From an uncultured bacterium (lineage in GTDB: Bacteria; Chloroflexota; UBA5177; JANWHV01), in contig CAWHAE010000016.1 of NCBI GenBank assembly GCA_963827235.1, positions 384,001 to 448,000 on the forward strand: a stretch of DNA of 64,000 bases. The letters are read 5' to 3'. The number at the start of each line of letters is the position of its first letter. Within the stretch, counting starts at the first letter, position 1. Positions 23,652-33,686 of the stretch are shown here, one piece after another. Both the position numbers and the translations under genes were made by a program. The notes beneath the pieces were generated by a model, which was given only the letters and a program-made list of their open reading frames with translations, was not told where the DNA came from and ran no database searches.

Positions 23652-24653
23652 CTATGAAGCGGGCGCGATGAGCGGCTGCTCCAGGTAGAACTCATGCTCG
23701 TAGAGATCGGCGACGCGCTCGAGCTCGTCGATGCTCAGGTCCGGCGTGTCCGGGGCCGCGGCAAACTCGAGCAGCTGCACACGGTCGTAGATGTTTGGGA
23801 GCGTCGACGAGACTATGGGATCCGCCAGCAGCCATTTCAGTGCAGCCTGGCCGAGCGTGCGATCGCCTCCGGCCTCCAGGAACCGGAGCTGTTCCACTTT
23901 CTTGAGCCCATCGATCAGCCACTGTCGCGGTCGGTGGCGCCGATGGTCGTTGGGGCCGAAGGTGGTGTCCTCGGTATACCTGCCCTCCAGCAGGCCGCTC
24001 GAGTGAGTGACCCGGATGAGCAGGCCGCAGCCGGTCGTACGCGCTTCGTCTGCCAGCGACTGTCCGGGCTGCTGCTCCAACAGGTTATAGATCATATGCA
24101 GTGCCGTGAGTCTCCGGGTTCGCAGCGCGGCCAGGCCCTCGTCGAGCCAGCCGATGGCCGGTCCAAGGGCGACTCCGTACGAGCGGATGGTCCCTTCCTG
24201 CACCAGATCCTCGAGCAAGGCAAAGAGATCGTCGCGCTGTACCTCCGATAGCCGGGCGTTGTGTAGCTGGTAGTTGTCGATGTAGCCGGTCTGCAGCCGC
24301 TTGAGGCTCCCCTCCACGGCGCGGCGCACGAATGATGGCGACACGTCCTTGGGTAGCTCGCGCTGACCAAGCCGTTCACCGCCATAGCCCTGCCAGTCGT
24401 AGCCGAACTTGGTGGCGACGACGATGTCGCCGCGCTTGTCCTTCAGGGCGCTAGCCAGCAGCGTCTCGCCCAGACCGTTGCCATAGGTATCCGCGGTGTC
24501 GAACAGAGTGATACCAAGATTGAAGGCTTCGCGCAGCAGTTGAACGGCGGTGGCTTCGTCCGGGGACTCCCACCAGCCCGTGGCTAGAGTCCAGAGTCCG
24601 AAACCCACCTCCGAGACGCTGATTCCGCTGGTGCCGAGCTTGCGATAATGCAC
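23652..24653 (-). CDS. Aldo/keto reductase
   Basis: YRKLGTSGISVSEVGFG, FDTADTYG, VATKFG, SLKRLQTGYID.YQLH. GGAGG SD before GTG. Confidence 0.95.
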   Translation of the reverse strand: MHYRKLGTSGISVSEVGFGLWTLATGWWESPDEATAVQLLREAFNLGITLFDTADTYGNGLGETLLASALKDKRGDIVVATKFGYDWQGYGGERLGQRELPKDVSPSFVRRAVEGSLKRLQTGYIDNYQLHNARLSEVQRDDLFALLEDLVQEGTIRSYGVALGPAIGWLDEGLAALRTRRLTALHMIYNLLEQQPGQSLADEARTTGCGLLIRVTHSSGLLEGRYTEDTTFGPNDHRRHRPRQWLIDGLKKVEQLRFLEAGGDRTLGQAALKWLLADPIVSSTLPNIYDRVQLLEFAAAPDTPDLSIDELERVADLYEHEFYLEQPLIAPAS

Positions 24654-24766
24654 GGGTGTTCCTCCAGTCGCCCCTGAACACCGAGACATGGGCGAGGCAG
24701 CCGATTCGTACACTAGAAAGGTGCCACCAGCGGCCATGTTGGGCAATGCCGCGCCTAGATCGCAGA

Positions 24767-24800
24767 GACAGCCCCATCGCATGCAAGTGATGGGGCTGTC
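24767..24800 (-). terminator. Hairpin immediately 3' of tmRNA
   Basis: GACAGCCCCATCGC-6 nt-GTGATGGGGCTGTC (14-bp stem, one mismatch). Confidence 0.6.
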
Positions 24801-24801
24801 A

Positions 24802-25158
24802 TGGTGGAGATGGGGGCGAATCGAACGCCCCGTCCAGAAAAGGACCAACAAGCGCGTCTACGATGCGTAGCCCGTAGTTGAATCTCGCGCCCTGACTACC
24901 CTACCGGCGAAGTTCCAGGGCACCAGCCTGTGCGCTCACTCCGGTCTTACAGACTTGGGACCGGCAGCCTCCCCGGCTAAATCACGCCCTGCACCGGCCC
25001 GTCGGGGTGGGGCCGGCCGGACGGCTCTACTGACTAGGCAGCGAGAGCGAGTTCGGTGTTGTTGTTGCCGTTTATAGGCGTGCCACCTGATTAACGAGGC
25101 GATGGCACCTCGGCACGCAGCGCTTGCCTCTCCTCCCCTGTCGAAACCTAACATCCCC
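24802..25158 (-). ncRNA. ssrA: tmRNA; tag peptide (A)GNNNTELALAA*
   Basis: 5' GGGGATG..TTCGAC; 3' T-arm GGGCG-TTCGATT-CGCCC then CATCTCCACCA, giving a G3-U acceptor pair. Tag ORF at 25069-25034 ends in ALAA-TAG. TACAAT -10 at 25193-25198. Confidence 0.98.
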
Positions 25159-25418
25159 AATCGCGCAGGGCGCATAGACGCTCTACCTATCCATTGTAGC
25201 GCGGCCGCCGTGCACATCCAACAGGACCACACAAGTGCGTCCCGCACCTGGGGCGCGGAAGCCAGTCAGACTGCCAGGTTCGCGCAAAGCTTGGCTTCAC
25301 CTGGTAGCTGCCCTGGTTCCCTGGAACAGGCTCCCCGCCAAAGGAGACGGCCCGCCGCCCCATGCGGGAGCAGCCGCCGGCCGCTAACCGGCTGCAGGTG
25401 ACTTGCATTGGCAGATCT

Positions 25419-26114
25419 CTACAGCACGATCCGCGCTGCCTGGTAGGCAAAGGAAACCGCAAATGCGAGCAGGACTAGAGCCGAGAGCATGCCGACGAGG
25501 TCGAGAATGACCGGCAGGCGTGACGCCGCTGCACGAGCGGTCCACACCAACCCGGCGAGGATCGTAAACCATGCCGCGCTGCCCGCGCCGATTCCCAGCA
25601 AGATTGCCAGGCCAATCGGGATGGCCACGGCGTGGAGATTGACGGCCACGAACGCACCGCCCAGGGTAAGCCACGACGTGATGGTCGCCGGATTGACCAC
25701 GGTGATGGAGATGCCGAGCGCCAGGGCAGGCCGCCAGCCGGCCGCTAGCTCTGGATCGGTCGCGGAATCAGGCAAGATGGCCGCTCCTTCCCCCGGCCCG
25801 CGCCGCCTGGCATGCACACTGCGCAGTGCCCCTATTGCCATCCTGCCCAGCACGCATGCCCCGATGGCGTAGAGAAAGACCGGCAGCCACGTCAGGTAGG
25901 CGATCGCGGGCCCGAGACCGGCATACGTCACAAGGATGTAGGCGTAGTCGGTCACGGCTGCTCCCATGCCAATCCAGAAGGCGGTTGCAGCGCCGCGATC
26001 GAGTCCCAGGCGTATAGCCGTGATGCCTGTGGGCCCGACCGGTGCCGCCACCGCAAAGCCGAGCACCATGGCGCCGCCGAATCGGGCAAGAACCGTCAGC
26101 ATGATATGCCTCAA
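25419..26114 (-). CDS. LysE family translocator
   Basis: GFAVAAPVGP, GMGAAVTD, ITVVNPATI.SW; about 6 TMs; coupled to the Lrp gene. Confidence 0.9.
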   Translation of the reverse strand: MRHIMLTVLARFGGAMVLGFAVAAPVGPTGITAIRLGLDRGAATAFWIGMGAAVTDYAYILVTYAGLGPAIAYLTWLPVFLYAIGACVLGRMAIGALRSVHARRRGPGEGAAILPDSATDPELAAGWRPALALGISITVVNPATITSWLTLGGAFVAVNLHAVAIPIGLAILLGIGAGSAAWFTILAGLVWTARAAASRLPVILDLVGMLSALVLLAFAVSFAYQAARIVL

Positions 26115-26584
26115 GTCCCGCCGGTCAGGTGGCTGAGTGGGACCACGACGGATTCCTTCACCGTCTTCAGCACGACCGTCGTGTAGGTACGCAGCACACC
26201 TGGAACGGCCTTGATCTCGTCACCGACGATCCGGTCCAGGTCGTCGGTCCCGGCACATCGCACCTTCAGCAGATAGTCGTGCTCGCCTGCAATGTGATGG
26301 CATTCCTGAATCTCTTCGAGACGAGCAATACAGGCCAGGAAGTCCGAGCGATGGACGGGTGCATCCAGCGTGACATGCACAAAGGCGCTAAGACCGCAGC
26401 CAACCGCTCGCGGATCGACAAGAGCGGCATAGCCCCGAATGGTGCCGTCCTCCTCTAGTCGCCGGACCCTGTCGGCCACCGCGGGAGCGGACATGTCCAG
26501 CTTCTGCGACAGATCGGCCCACGTCGTCCGGCCGTTACCCATCAGTGTCTCGAGGATGGTCTTCGTTGCTTCACCACGCTGCAA
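26111..26584 (-). CDS. Lrp/AsnC family transcriptional regulator
   Basis: SAPAVADRVRRLEEDGTIRGY, ECHHIAGEHDYLLKV. TTG start with GGAGG SD. Confidence 0.95.
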   Translation of the reverse strand: MQRGEATKTILETLMGNGRTTWADLSQKLDMSAPAVADRVRRLEEDGTIRGYAALVDPRAVGCGLSAFVHVTLDAPVHRSDFLACIARLEEIQECHHIAGEHDYLLKVRCAGTDDLDRIVGDEIKAVPGVLRTYTTVVLKTVKESVVVPLSHLTGGT

Positions 26585-26653
26585 TGTTCTCCTCCCCTTC
26601 GCCACAGCGGACTCTCCGCGCTTCGCAGAGCTACCGATCCTCACTTACTGAGT

Positions 26654-26682
26654 ATTCTATAGCTATTCACATTCGATTACAA
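26654..26682 (-). promoter_or_regulatory. sigma-70 promoter of lrp-lysE
   Basis: Minus strand TTGTAA-17 nt-TAGAAT in an AT-rich patch. Confidence 0.65.
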
Positions 26683-26964
26683 CGCTCGCTATCGATCTGT
26701 CATTGTATTCGAAGGATCTCCGCCGTTCGGGTGCGGGGGTTAGGCGGGGCGCCGAGAGCGAGATGCTCGCTTCACAGTGCGCGGGTCGCGGGTCGCGTGT
26801 ACGAAGCGAGATCAGGGCAGGAAGCTGCCACGTTGGCCGGCGAGCGCCCCGATAGTACATATTGCCCCGCTGTGGTAGATTTGTGTCACATCGGCCTGCC
26901 AGCAGCCGGCGTGTCGTATGCGACTTGCGAGTTGCGCGTTATGAGGCTGGTGAATGGAAGGCAT

Positions 26965-27351
26965 ATGGCTGAGAGATCGCGGCACGCCAAGCCTTTGACC
27001 GAAGAGCAGCTACAGTCACTCCGGCAGCGCCTGGAAGGAGAGCGCGACCGCCTCAGAGGCAAGATCGCCACGGCCTCGAAGGCTCGTACCGAACAGGGGA
27101 TGCTGGACCCACTCCTGAGCGATCCCGAAGACTTCGGTGAGATGGCGCAGGACATTACACTCGAGGAGACCGAGGCGGCGCTGTCGGCGAACGATAGTCA
27201 GCTGCTCTCCAAGATCGAGCACGCGTTGCAGCGAGTGTACGGCGGCACCTATGGGTACAGCGAGGCGACCGGCCTTCCTATTCCCTTTGAGCGCCTAGAG
27301 GCGCTGCCCTGGGCCACCACCAACATCGGCGAGCCTGCTTCGCGGCCGTGA
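26965..27351 (+). CDS. TraR/DksA family regulator lacking zinc-finger cysteines
   Basis: Coiled coil with an acidic tip, then 'KIEHALQRV..GTYGYSEATGLPIPFERLEALPWA'. Confidence 0.88.
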   Translation: MAERSRHAKPLTEEQLQSLRQRLEGERDRLRGKIATASKARTEQGMLDPLLSDPEDFGEMAQDITLEETEAALSANDSQLLSKIEHALQRVYGGTYGYSEATGLPIPFERLEALPWATTNIGEPASRP

Positions 27352-27498
27352 CTAGCTCTCTCCTCCGTCTCGTTGGCGACGTGCCGACTTCTCGGCCTGA
27401 TTCGACGACGAGCCGCCGATCAGTAGGCCGGGGCGCGACGGTATCATCTTCGAGGGGTCATGGTCCGTTGCAGGCCTGCCAAGATGAGGTGGAGAAGG

Positions 27499-28815
27499 AT
27501 GGGAAGAGAAGAGGGCCGTACTGCCATTCTGGGCGCCGGCTTGCTGGGACTGACGCTTGCCTACAGACTGACTCGTCGCGGCCACGATGTCACCGTCATG
27601 GAGCGTGAAAGTCTAGCCGGTGGGCTTGCGGCGGGCTTCCCGGTCGCCGCGAACCCGGACGGCTCGTCAATCTACCTGGACAAGTTCTACCATCATCTGT
27701 TCCGAGCCGATCACGCGGTGATCGGCCTGATTGATGAGCTGGGTCTTTCCGAGCGGCTTGTCTGGCTGTCACCAAGCTCATGCATCCTGCGGGATGGCAA
27801 GATCTACCGCATGGACGGTGCCCTACCGCTCCTTATGCTCGAGGCCCTGCCTTTCATAGACCGCCTGCGGCTTGGGGCAGTGATGGCGTATCTCAAGGTC
27901 GAGAAGGTCTACCAGCGGCTGGAGCACACGACGGTCCGGCAGTGGCTCACCACCTGGGCCGGCCCGAAGGCGTACGGGGTCTTCGCCGAGCCGTTGCTAC
28001 GGCAGAAGTTCGGCGAGTTCAGCGACGAGATCGCCATGCCTTGGTTCTGGTCCCGCGTCCACTTGCGCAGCTCGTCGCTCGGCTACATGCTGGGAGGCTT
28101 CCAGGTGCTCTACGACACTCTGGTCAAGGCCGTCGAGGCTGGAGGCGGGCATGTCCGGCTTGGCTCGCCCGTAACCGCGATCGAGCCCCTGAGTGACGGG
28201 GCGCTACGCGTAACGACTCCCGAGGGTGCGGAGAGGTTCGAACGGGTTGTCTCCACGTTGCCTGCCGGGGTTACTATTGGCTTGACCCCGAGCATGCCCA
28301 GAGAATTCGCCACGCGCTATGGCAACAGCAGGGCGCTCGGCGCACACTGCTTGATCCTTGAGCTCGACAGGCAGCTCACGCACCACTACTGGATCGCCAT
28401 CAACGACCCCGGCTACCCGTTTCTCGCCGTGGTGGAGCACACAAACTACATTCCTCCCGAGCGATACCAGGGTAAGCATCTCGTATACGTGGGCAATTAC
28501 TTGCCGATGTCCCACCCGCTGTACACAAAGTCGGCGCAGCAGCTTCTCGACGAGTTCCTGCCTTACTTGAGGCACATCAACCCGGATCTCGACGCTTCGT
28601 GGGTGAAGAACGCGCATTCGTTTGCTGCACCATACGCTCAGCCCGTGGTAACGATGGATTTCAAGCAGTCGATTGCGCCCCACGTGACGCCGATCGCTAA
28701 TCTCTACATGGCCAACATGTTCCAGATCTATCCGCAGGATCGTGGACAGAATTACAGCGTGGCAATGGCCGATCGGCTCCTGCGCATCATGGATCGGGTG
28801 GAGTCGAGGCGCTAG
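27499..28815 (+). CDS. FAD-dependent oxidoreductase (amine oxidase/protoporphyrinogen oxidase-like)
   Basis: ILGAGLLGL Rossmann motif, DKFYHHLF, YPQDRGQNYSV. Confidence 0.9.
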   Translation: MGREEGRTAILGAGLLGLTLAYRLTRRGHDVTVMERESLAGGLAAGFPVAANPDGSSIYLDKFYHHLFRADHAVIGLIDELGLSERLVWLSPSSCILRDGKIYRMDGALPLLMLEALPFIDRLRLGAVMAYLKVEKVYQRLEHTTVRQWLTTWAGPKAYGVFAEPLLRQKFGEFSDEIAMPWFWSRVHLRSSSLGYMLGGFQVLYDTLVKAVEAGGGHVRLGSPVTAIEPLSDGALRVTTPEGAERFERVVSTLPAGVTIGLTPSMPREFATRYGNSRALGAHCLILELDRQLTHHYWIAINDPGYPFLAVVEHTNYIPPERYQGKHLVYVGNYLPMSHPLYTKSAQQLLDEFLPYLRHINPDLDASWVKNAHSFAAPYAQPVVTMDFKQSIAPHVTPIANLYMANMFQIYPQDRGQNYSVAMADRLLRIMDRVESRR

Positions 28816-29600
28816 CGCAGACCGTCGTCCACGTCCTGATTCTGCGCCAGGTCCGGAGACGCGGATGCACTTAGGATGATGTCCACGATCTCGCGTGCGC
28901 TATCCGTGACGCGGAGCAAGCGGAGGTCCTCGTCTGCCACCATATTCTGCGTGAGCACCGTGCCCTGGATCCAGTCCAGCAGACCCTTCCAGTATGAAGA
29001 GCCGTACAGCACGACGGGGAAGTTACGCACCTTTCGCGTCTGGATGAGCACCAGTGATTCGAAGAGCTCGTCGAGGGTACCGAAGCCTCCGGGAAAGATC
29101 ACAAACGCCTGTGCGTACTTCACGAACATGGTCTTGCGAACCATGAAGTAGTGGAAGTTGATCGGTACCGTCACGTAGCGGTTGATGCCCTGCTCGAACG
29201 GCAGCTCGATGTTGCAGCCCACGCTGGTAGCATCTGCTTCGAAGGCCCCGCGGTTGGCCGCTTCCATAATGCCGGGCCCGCCGCCGCTGATGATGGCAAA
29301 GCCGGCCCGGCCCAGCAGGCTCGCTGTCTCGCGCGCCGCCTCGTAGTAAGGGCTTCCCTCAGGCGAGCGTGCCGAGCCGAAGAACGTGACCGCTGGCCCG
29401 ATGTGGGCCAGCGTGTCGAACCCTTCGACGAACTCTCCGGTTATTCTGAGCACTCTCCACGGGTCGGTGTGCGTGAAGTCGGCCTCGTCCAACCGGGCGA
29501 CGGGGCTAGCAAGGAGCCGCTCGTCTTCCGTGACCAGTCCGAGGCGGGCGGCACGATTGAGAGCCGGGTTCGGTTTCATGTGATTGATCGGTCCGGACAT
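28812..29600 (-). CDS. LOG family (TIGR00730-type) Rossmann-fold protein
   Basis: FFGSAR, SGGGPGIMEAANRGA, RKTMFVK, PGGFGTLDE. Confidence 0.95.
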   Translation of the reverse strand: MSGPINHMKPNPALNRAARLGLVTEDERLLASPVARLDEADFTHTDPWRVLRITGEFVEGFDTLAHIGPAVTFFGSARSPEGSPYYEAARETASLLGRAGFAIISGGGPGIMEAANRGAFEADATSVGCNIELPFEQGINRYVTVPINFHYFMVRKTMFVKYAQAFVIFPGGFGTLDELFESLVLIQTRKVRNFPVVLYGSSYWKGLLDWIQGTVLTQNMVADEDLRLLRVTDSAREIVDIILSASASPDLAQNQDVDDGLR

Positions 29601-29730
29601 GGTTATTTCACTGCTTTTCCTGTAGGTACCGCGGTGGCCCTTCGGGCGCCGTACAGCCGCCAGTGATTGTCTGTACGCTCCCAAGAATACTCGAGCCCGA
29701 GGAGCCGCGGAAATGACACGTTTGGCGGGC

Positions 29731-30699
29731 TCAGCCTTGCCCGGCCGTCAAATCTGGGCGTACCGCCACCACCACGATGGTGACGAACTGGTCGCCCTTA
29801 TGGAAGCTGCCATGATGGCGGAGCCCGGCGCCGGCAATCCTGAGCACGGCGCGGTCCCGCGTATTGGCAGGGATGCGCAGCATTCGGGGACCGCGCAGGG
29901 TCGGCACCTCGAGCGCACACCCGGCATTCGCGTCTTCGGCGCTGACGGGCAAGCTGATCAGTATGTCGATGCCGGTCCGTGTGAACACGGGGTCGGGCCG
30001 CACGGCAACGCGGACCAAAAGATCGCCGCGCGGTCCATTGCGCGGACCGCAGTCGCCTTCGCCTTTCAGCACGAGGGCCTGCCCGTCTTCGACGGCAGGT
30101 GGCACGGCTACGATGAGTGCGGTAAGGCCCTGAAGCCTGCCGCGGCCGTAGCAGTTGGGGCAGGGGGGCTCACCGCGCACGCCGCTGCCTTTGCAGGCGC
30201 TGCATTCGCCGGCACCACTTCTGGTGCCGCCCGTACCGTTGCACACCTCGCAGCGCGTGCTCGTACCGCCCTCGGCGGCGCCTCGGCCAAGGCAGGCTGC
30301 GCAGACCTCTCGGCGCGGCACCTGCACGCGGGTGTCCACTCCGAAAGCAGCCTCGCGAAGAGAGAGAAATAACGTCACCTCGACGTCGGCGCCGCGCATG
30401 ACGCCGCGGCTCACGGCCACCGTGCGTCCCAGGCTCGGGCTCTTCGCCACGACGCCGGGAGGGGGCCTGCGCGACGCATCGTAGGCGCGCCGGCGCTCGG
30501 GATCGCTCAGCACCGCATACGCCTGGGCGACTGCCACGAACCGTTCGGCCGCTTGCTGTGAATGATTGAAATCGGGATGCAGGATGCGCGCCAGCGACCG
30601 GAAAGCGCCACGAACCTCAAGCTGGTCGGCGTTCGGCGCCACCCCGAGCACGTCGTAGAGGTTCGCATCTGCAGATACGGTGTTCGCACTCATAGTCAT
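29731..30699 (-). CDS. DnaJ-family chaperone paralogue
   Basis: J domain with HPD, four CxxCxGxG repeats, DnaJ C-terminal domain. No G/F-rich region. Confidence 0.9.
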   Translation of the reverse strand: MTMSANTVSADANLYDVLGVAPNADQLEVRGAFRSLARILHPDFNHSQQAAERFVAVAQAYAVLSDPERRRAYDASRRPPPGVVAKSPSLGRTVAVSRGVMRGADVEVTLFLSLREAAFGVDTRVQVPRREVCAACLGRGAAEGGTSTRCEVCNGTGGTRSGAGECSACKGSGVRGEPPCPNCYGRGRLQGLTALIVAVPPAVEDGQALVLKGEGDCGPRNGPRGDLLVRVAVRPDPVFTRTGIDILISLPVSAEDANAGCALEVPTLRGPRMLRIPANTRDRAVLRIAGAGLRHHGSFHKGDQFVTIVVVAVRPDLTAGQG

Positions 30700-30782
30700 T
30701 ATTCAGTGTACCGGGAGCATCTCGCCCATGCCGGTAGTGGCATCCTGCATATAGAACATAGTCTCTATTTTCTCCCCGCCTA

Positions 30783-30811
30783 TTGCTTCCCGAACGGAAT
30801 AGCGCTATTCT
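30783..30811 (+). promoter_or_regulatory. Candidate sigma-70 promoter of the CAP/SH3 gene
   Basis: TTGCTT-17 nt-TATTCT. Confidence 0.55.
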
Positions 30812-30898
30812 AGCTCCGTGCTGCGTGTCCGGCACATGCGCAGGTTCAAGGTCATAGTAGTGACTGGCAGAGACGTATCGTAGGCAAGAGGAGGCAAG

Positions 30899-31753
30899 AT
30901 GGCGGGAACGACGGGATGGAAACGTTTCTTGCAAAGCGCACTTCTCGTAGCACCGTTCACTGCCTTCAGCCACATACCGATCAACGCCTCGGCTGCCGCA
31001 TCCGGTGATTCCGCGGTCGTTTCTTGTCCCTCTGTGCCGTGGTCTGGTGCGTCTGTCGTTCAGGCCGGACATCCCTACATTTCTGTCGCCTTTGAGGCGC
31101 TGGCACGCGATCGGCAGCGATACGCCGGATTGGGTGCCTTGCATCGCAGCCTTACCCTGAGCGCGGTCGCCGAGGCGCATTCCGCGTACATGGCGTCGAT
31201 AAGCAGCTGGTCGGACGGCGATCCCTCCGGAACCGTTCTCGCGCGAGTGCGCGCTGCCGGCGTTGATGCATCCTACGCCGGCCAGAACGTGGTCACTGCC
31301 AACGGTGACACGGTGCAGCATGCCGTCCAGAATGGGGAGGCGTTCTTCGCCCGCGAAGCTGGCACTGGCGGCCCCCACTGGGACAACATCACGAATCCCG
31401 ACCACCATTACGTCGGCATGGGGATCGCGCTTCTGGGCACCGCAGGCGACTATACAATCTACCTCACGCAAGTCTTCGCCGACGCAGGTGGCTGTGAGGC
31501 CGATACCCAGTCCAATACTGCCAGCACGTCCGCTGCCGCGTATGGTGGCACGCCGCGCGTCGGCAGTGTCGTGGTCGTGGGTACCGATTATCTGAGCCTG
31601 CGCACGGAGCCGGCGGGCACGCTCATCGAGACACTGCGCGCCACCCAATCGGTCAAGGTTGTCTCCATACAGGGCGATTGGGTGCAGGTCGAGGTGCTCG
31701 ACGACCAGATGTATGGATGGGTTTACGCCCCCCTGCTCGGCCAAACAACCTAA
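30899..31753 (+). CDS. Secreted CAP (SCP) domain protein with a C-terminal SH3b domain
   Basis: Signal peptide; AEAHSAYMA, AGQNV, GPHWDNI; 'LSLRTEP...GDWVQV...GWV'. Confidence 0.88.
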   Translation: MAGTTGWKRFLQSALLVAPFTAFSHIPINASAAASGDSAVVSCPSVPWSGASVVQAGHPYISVAFEALARDRQRYAGLGALHRSLTLSAVAEAHSAYMASISSWSDGDPSGTVLARVRAAGVDASYAGQNVVTANGDTVQHAVQNGEAFFAREAGTGGPHWDNITNPDHHYVGMGIALLGTAGDYTIYLTQVFADAGGCEADTQSNTASTSAAAYGGTPRVGSVVVVGTDYLSLRTEPAGTLIETLRATQSVKVVSIQGDWVQVEVLDDQMYGWVYAPLLGQTT

Positions 31754-31858
31754 CGACAGCTGCGCCTTTTTCCCACCGTGCTGGTCCGCGCCGTGGCTCC
31801 GCGTTCATGCCACGGTTGCGTTCGTTGCCGCCCGACGAACTCAGGCTGTCCAAGTAGC

Positions 31859-33199
31859 TCAGGACTCCAGCAGACGCAGGACCAGACCCGTGGCAGGCTT
31901 GGGATAGAAGTATGTCGACTTCTGAGGCATCACGGCGCCCGCCCGCGCCACGCTGAGCAGCTGTGCAACGGGCGTGGCGGCGAGAAACAGCGCTAATTGT
32001 TCGCGGCCGCCGGCAACGGCATAAGCGGCCTCACGAGCGTCGCGCGTGTAGGTGAGGAAGGTCTGGCGCTCGAGCTGGCCGGCTGTAATACCCAGGCACC
32101 GTTCCAGAATGAGCGACTGTGCGAGCCACGCGTCGAGCGCCGCCAGCTCGGCTGCCGGTGGTGCCCCTGCTAGGGCCAGGTCGCGCGGCGTCAGGATGAG
32201 CATGCGTCCTGCTTCCAGGCCAAGCAGGGCGAACCTATTCGCGGGCTGGCCGCCTTCCGGCGGCCGCAGAACTTGCTCGACCAACCCGGGCAAGCCCTCT
32301 GAGAGGGCCGGAGCTTCGACGCTTGATACCACAAAGTAGCGCTCGAGAGCTGCAGGTAACTGGGATAGCTGATCCGCGCCCAGCCCATGTATGAGCCGGT
32401 GCGTCGGCAAGACCACGAGACCGGGATCGTCCACCGCGGTCAACGCCATCATGACGAAGTCGCGCGGCCCGACATCGCGCGGGCCGGTGCCAATCAGCGC
32501 CTCGTCTCGATAGGCCAGCGCCGTCTCGTAGCGGTGGTGACCGTCGGCGATGAACAGCGGGTGTTCCACCAGGGCGCGCCGAATCACCTCGACCGCCAAT
32601 CTCGCCGAGATTGGTGCTACCGCGTGTGTGACGCCGTCGTCGTCGGCTGCCTGCTCCTCTTCCAGGGGCTCCGCGGCCAGGGCCGCTTCCACGGCATGAG
32701 CGATGTGCCGGCCGTGGTCCTCGTACAGCGCCCAAATTGGGCTCAGGTTGGCGTTTACAGCGCGCAACAGAGCCAGACGCTCTGCCCTCGGCGCTGCCAA
32801 AGTGCGCTCGTGCGGCAGGATGCTGCCACTACTCCACGAAGCGAGACGGACGTTCGCCAGCAAGCTCCGCCGCTCGTACCGGCGGCCACCGTGCTGGAAT
32901 ATCTGGCGATACATATAGAAGGCGGGCTCGGAATCCTTGCACAGGATGCCGTCGTCTTTCCACTGCTGCAGGGCGGCATGAGCCCTGGCGTGCCGCAACG
33001 CCTCGCCGGCCCGTCCGGGCGGATCGGTCTCCTCAGCGGCAGTGAGCTCGAGACGAACCACGTTGTACGGGCTGCGCTCGTAGAGTGCCCGCTGCTGTTC
33101 AGGTGAAATCACGTCATAGGGCGGTGCGATAAGCGACGCGAGCGCTCCGGCACGCTTGGTGTCGTACCGCCAGGCCCGAAACGGTCGGATTTCCGGCAT
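31859..33199 (-). CDS. DUF1015 family protein
   Basis: IRPFRA, APPYDVIS, LPHERT, IADGHHRYETA, MPQKSTYFYPKP. Confidence 0.93.
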   Translation of the reverse strand: MPEIRPFRAWRYDTKRAGALASLIAPPYDVISPEQQRALYERSPYNVVRLELTAAEETDPPGRAGEALRHARAHAALQQWKDDGILCKDSEPAFYMYRQIFQHGGRRYERRSLLANVRLASWSSGSILPHERTLAAPRAERLALLRAVNANLSPIWALYEDHGRHIAHAVEAALAAEPLEEEQAADDDGVTHAVAPISARLAVEVIRRALVEHPLFIADGHHRYETALAYRDEALIGTGPRDVGPRDFVMMALTAVDDPGLVVLPTHRLIHGLGADQLSQLPAALERYFVVSSVEAPALSEGLPGLVEQVLRPPEGGQPANRFALLGLEAGRMLILTPRDLALAGAPPAAELAALDAWLAQSLILERCLGITAGQLERQTFLTYTRDAREAAYAVAGGREQLALFLAATPVAQLLSVARAGAVMPQKSTYFYPKPATGLVLRLLES

Positions 33200-33302
33200 A
33201 TTCCCCCCACCGCACACACACGACACAGGTGGCATCGAGCCAGTACGGCATTACTGTACCAGTGCGGAGGAAGATCTGGCGAGGGTAGCGAAGGAAGCAG
33301 GC

Positions 33303-33686
33303 TTAGACGGCCAGGAGGCTTCCGACAGCCTGTAGGAAGGCCTTGATGTGAAACGGCTTCACAATCACTTCGGTGAAGGGATCGGCGCTAAGGTCCCGGC
33401 TTGCCTGCAGCTCGAATAGGGCAGCAGTGCACACGACCACCGGGATCTGGGCCGTCCTTGGCTCGGATCGCACGAGGTCCAGAACGGCCAGGCCGTCGCC
33501 GTCCGAGAGCATGATGTCGAGGATGATCAGACGCAGGTTCTCCGAACGGGCTGCCTCTCTCGCGCCTTGCACCGTGCTCGCGATAACCGCCTCCAAGCCG
33601 AGGTCGGCCAGGACATCGCGAATGAGTTCAATGCACCCTGCATCGTCCTCGACGATCAGCACGGTCGCCGGGTCCTGAAAGCTCAT
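33303..33686 (-). CDS. Single-domain response regulator
   Basis: VLIVEDD, IILDIML, VVCTA, VKPF. Confidence 0.9.
   Translation of the reverse strand: MSFQDPATVLIVEDDAGCIELIRDVLADLGLEAVIASTVQGAREAARSENLRLIILDIMLSDGDGLAVLDLVRSEPRTAQIPVVVCTAALFELQASRDLSADPFTEVIVKPFHIKAFLQAVGSLLAV

Noticed and set aside
24654-24851. N-terminal extension of the aldo/keto reductase ORF
   Set aside because: It overlaps the tmRNA and its hairpin; the GTG at 24653 has a GGAGG SD and the family-typical start.
33280-33303. GCGAAGGAAGCAGGC resembling SRP RNA domain IV
   Set aside because: It lacks the upstream CAGG/CCGG half and a flanking long stem.
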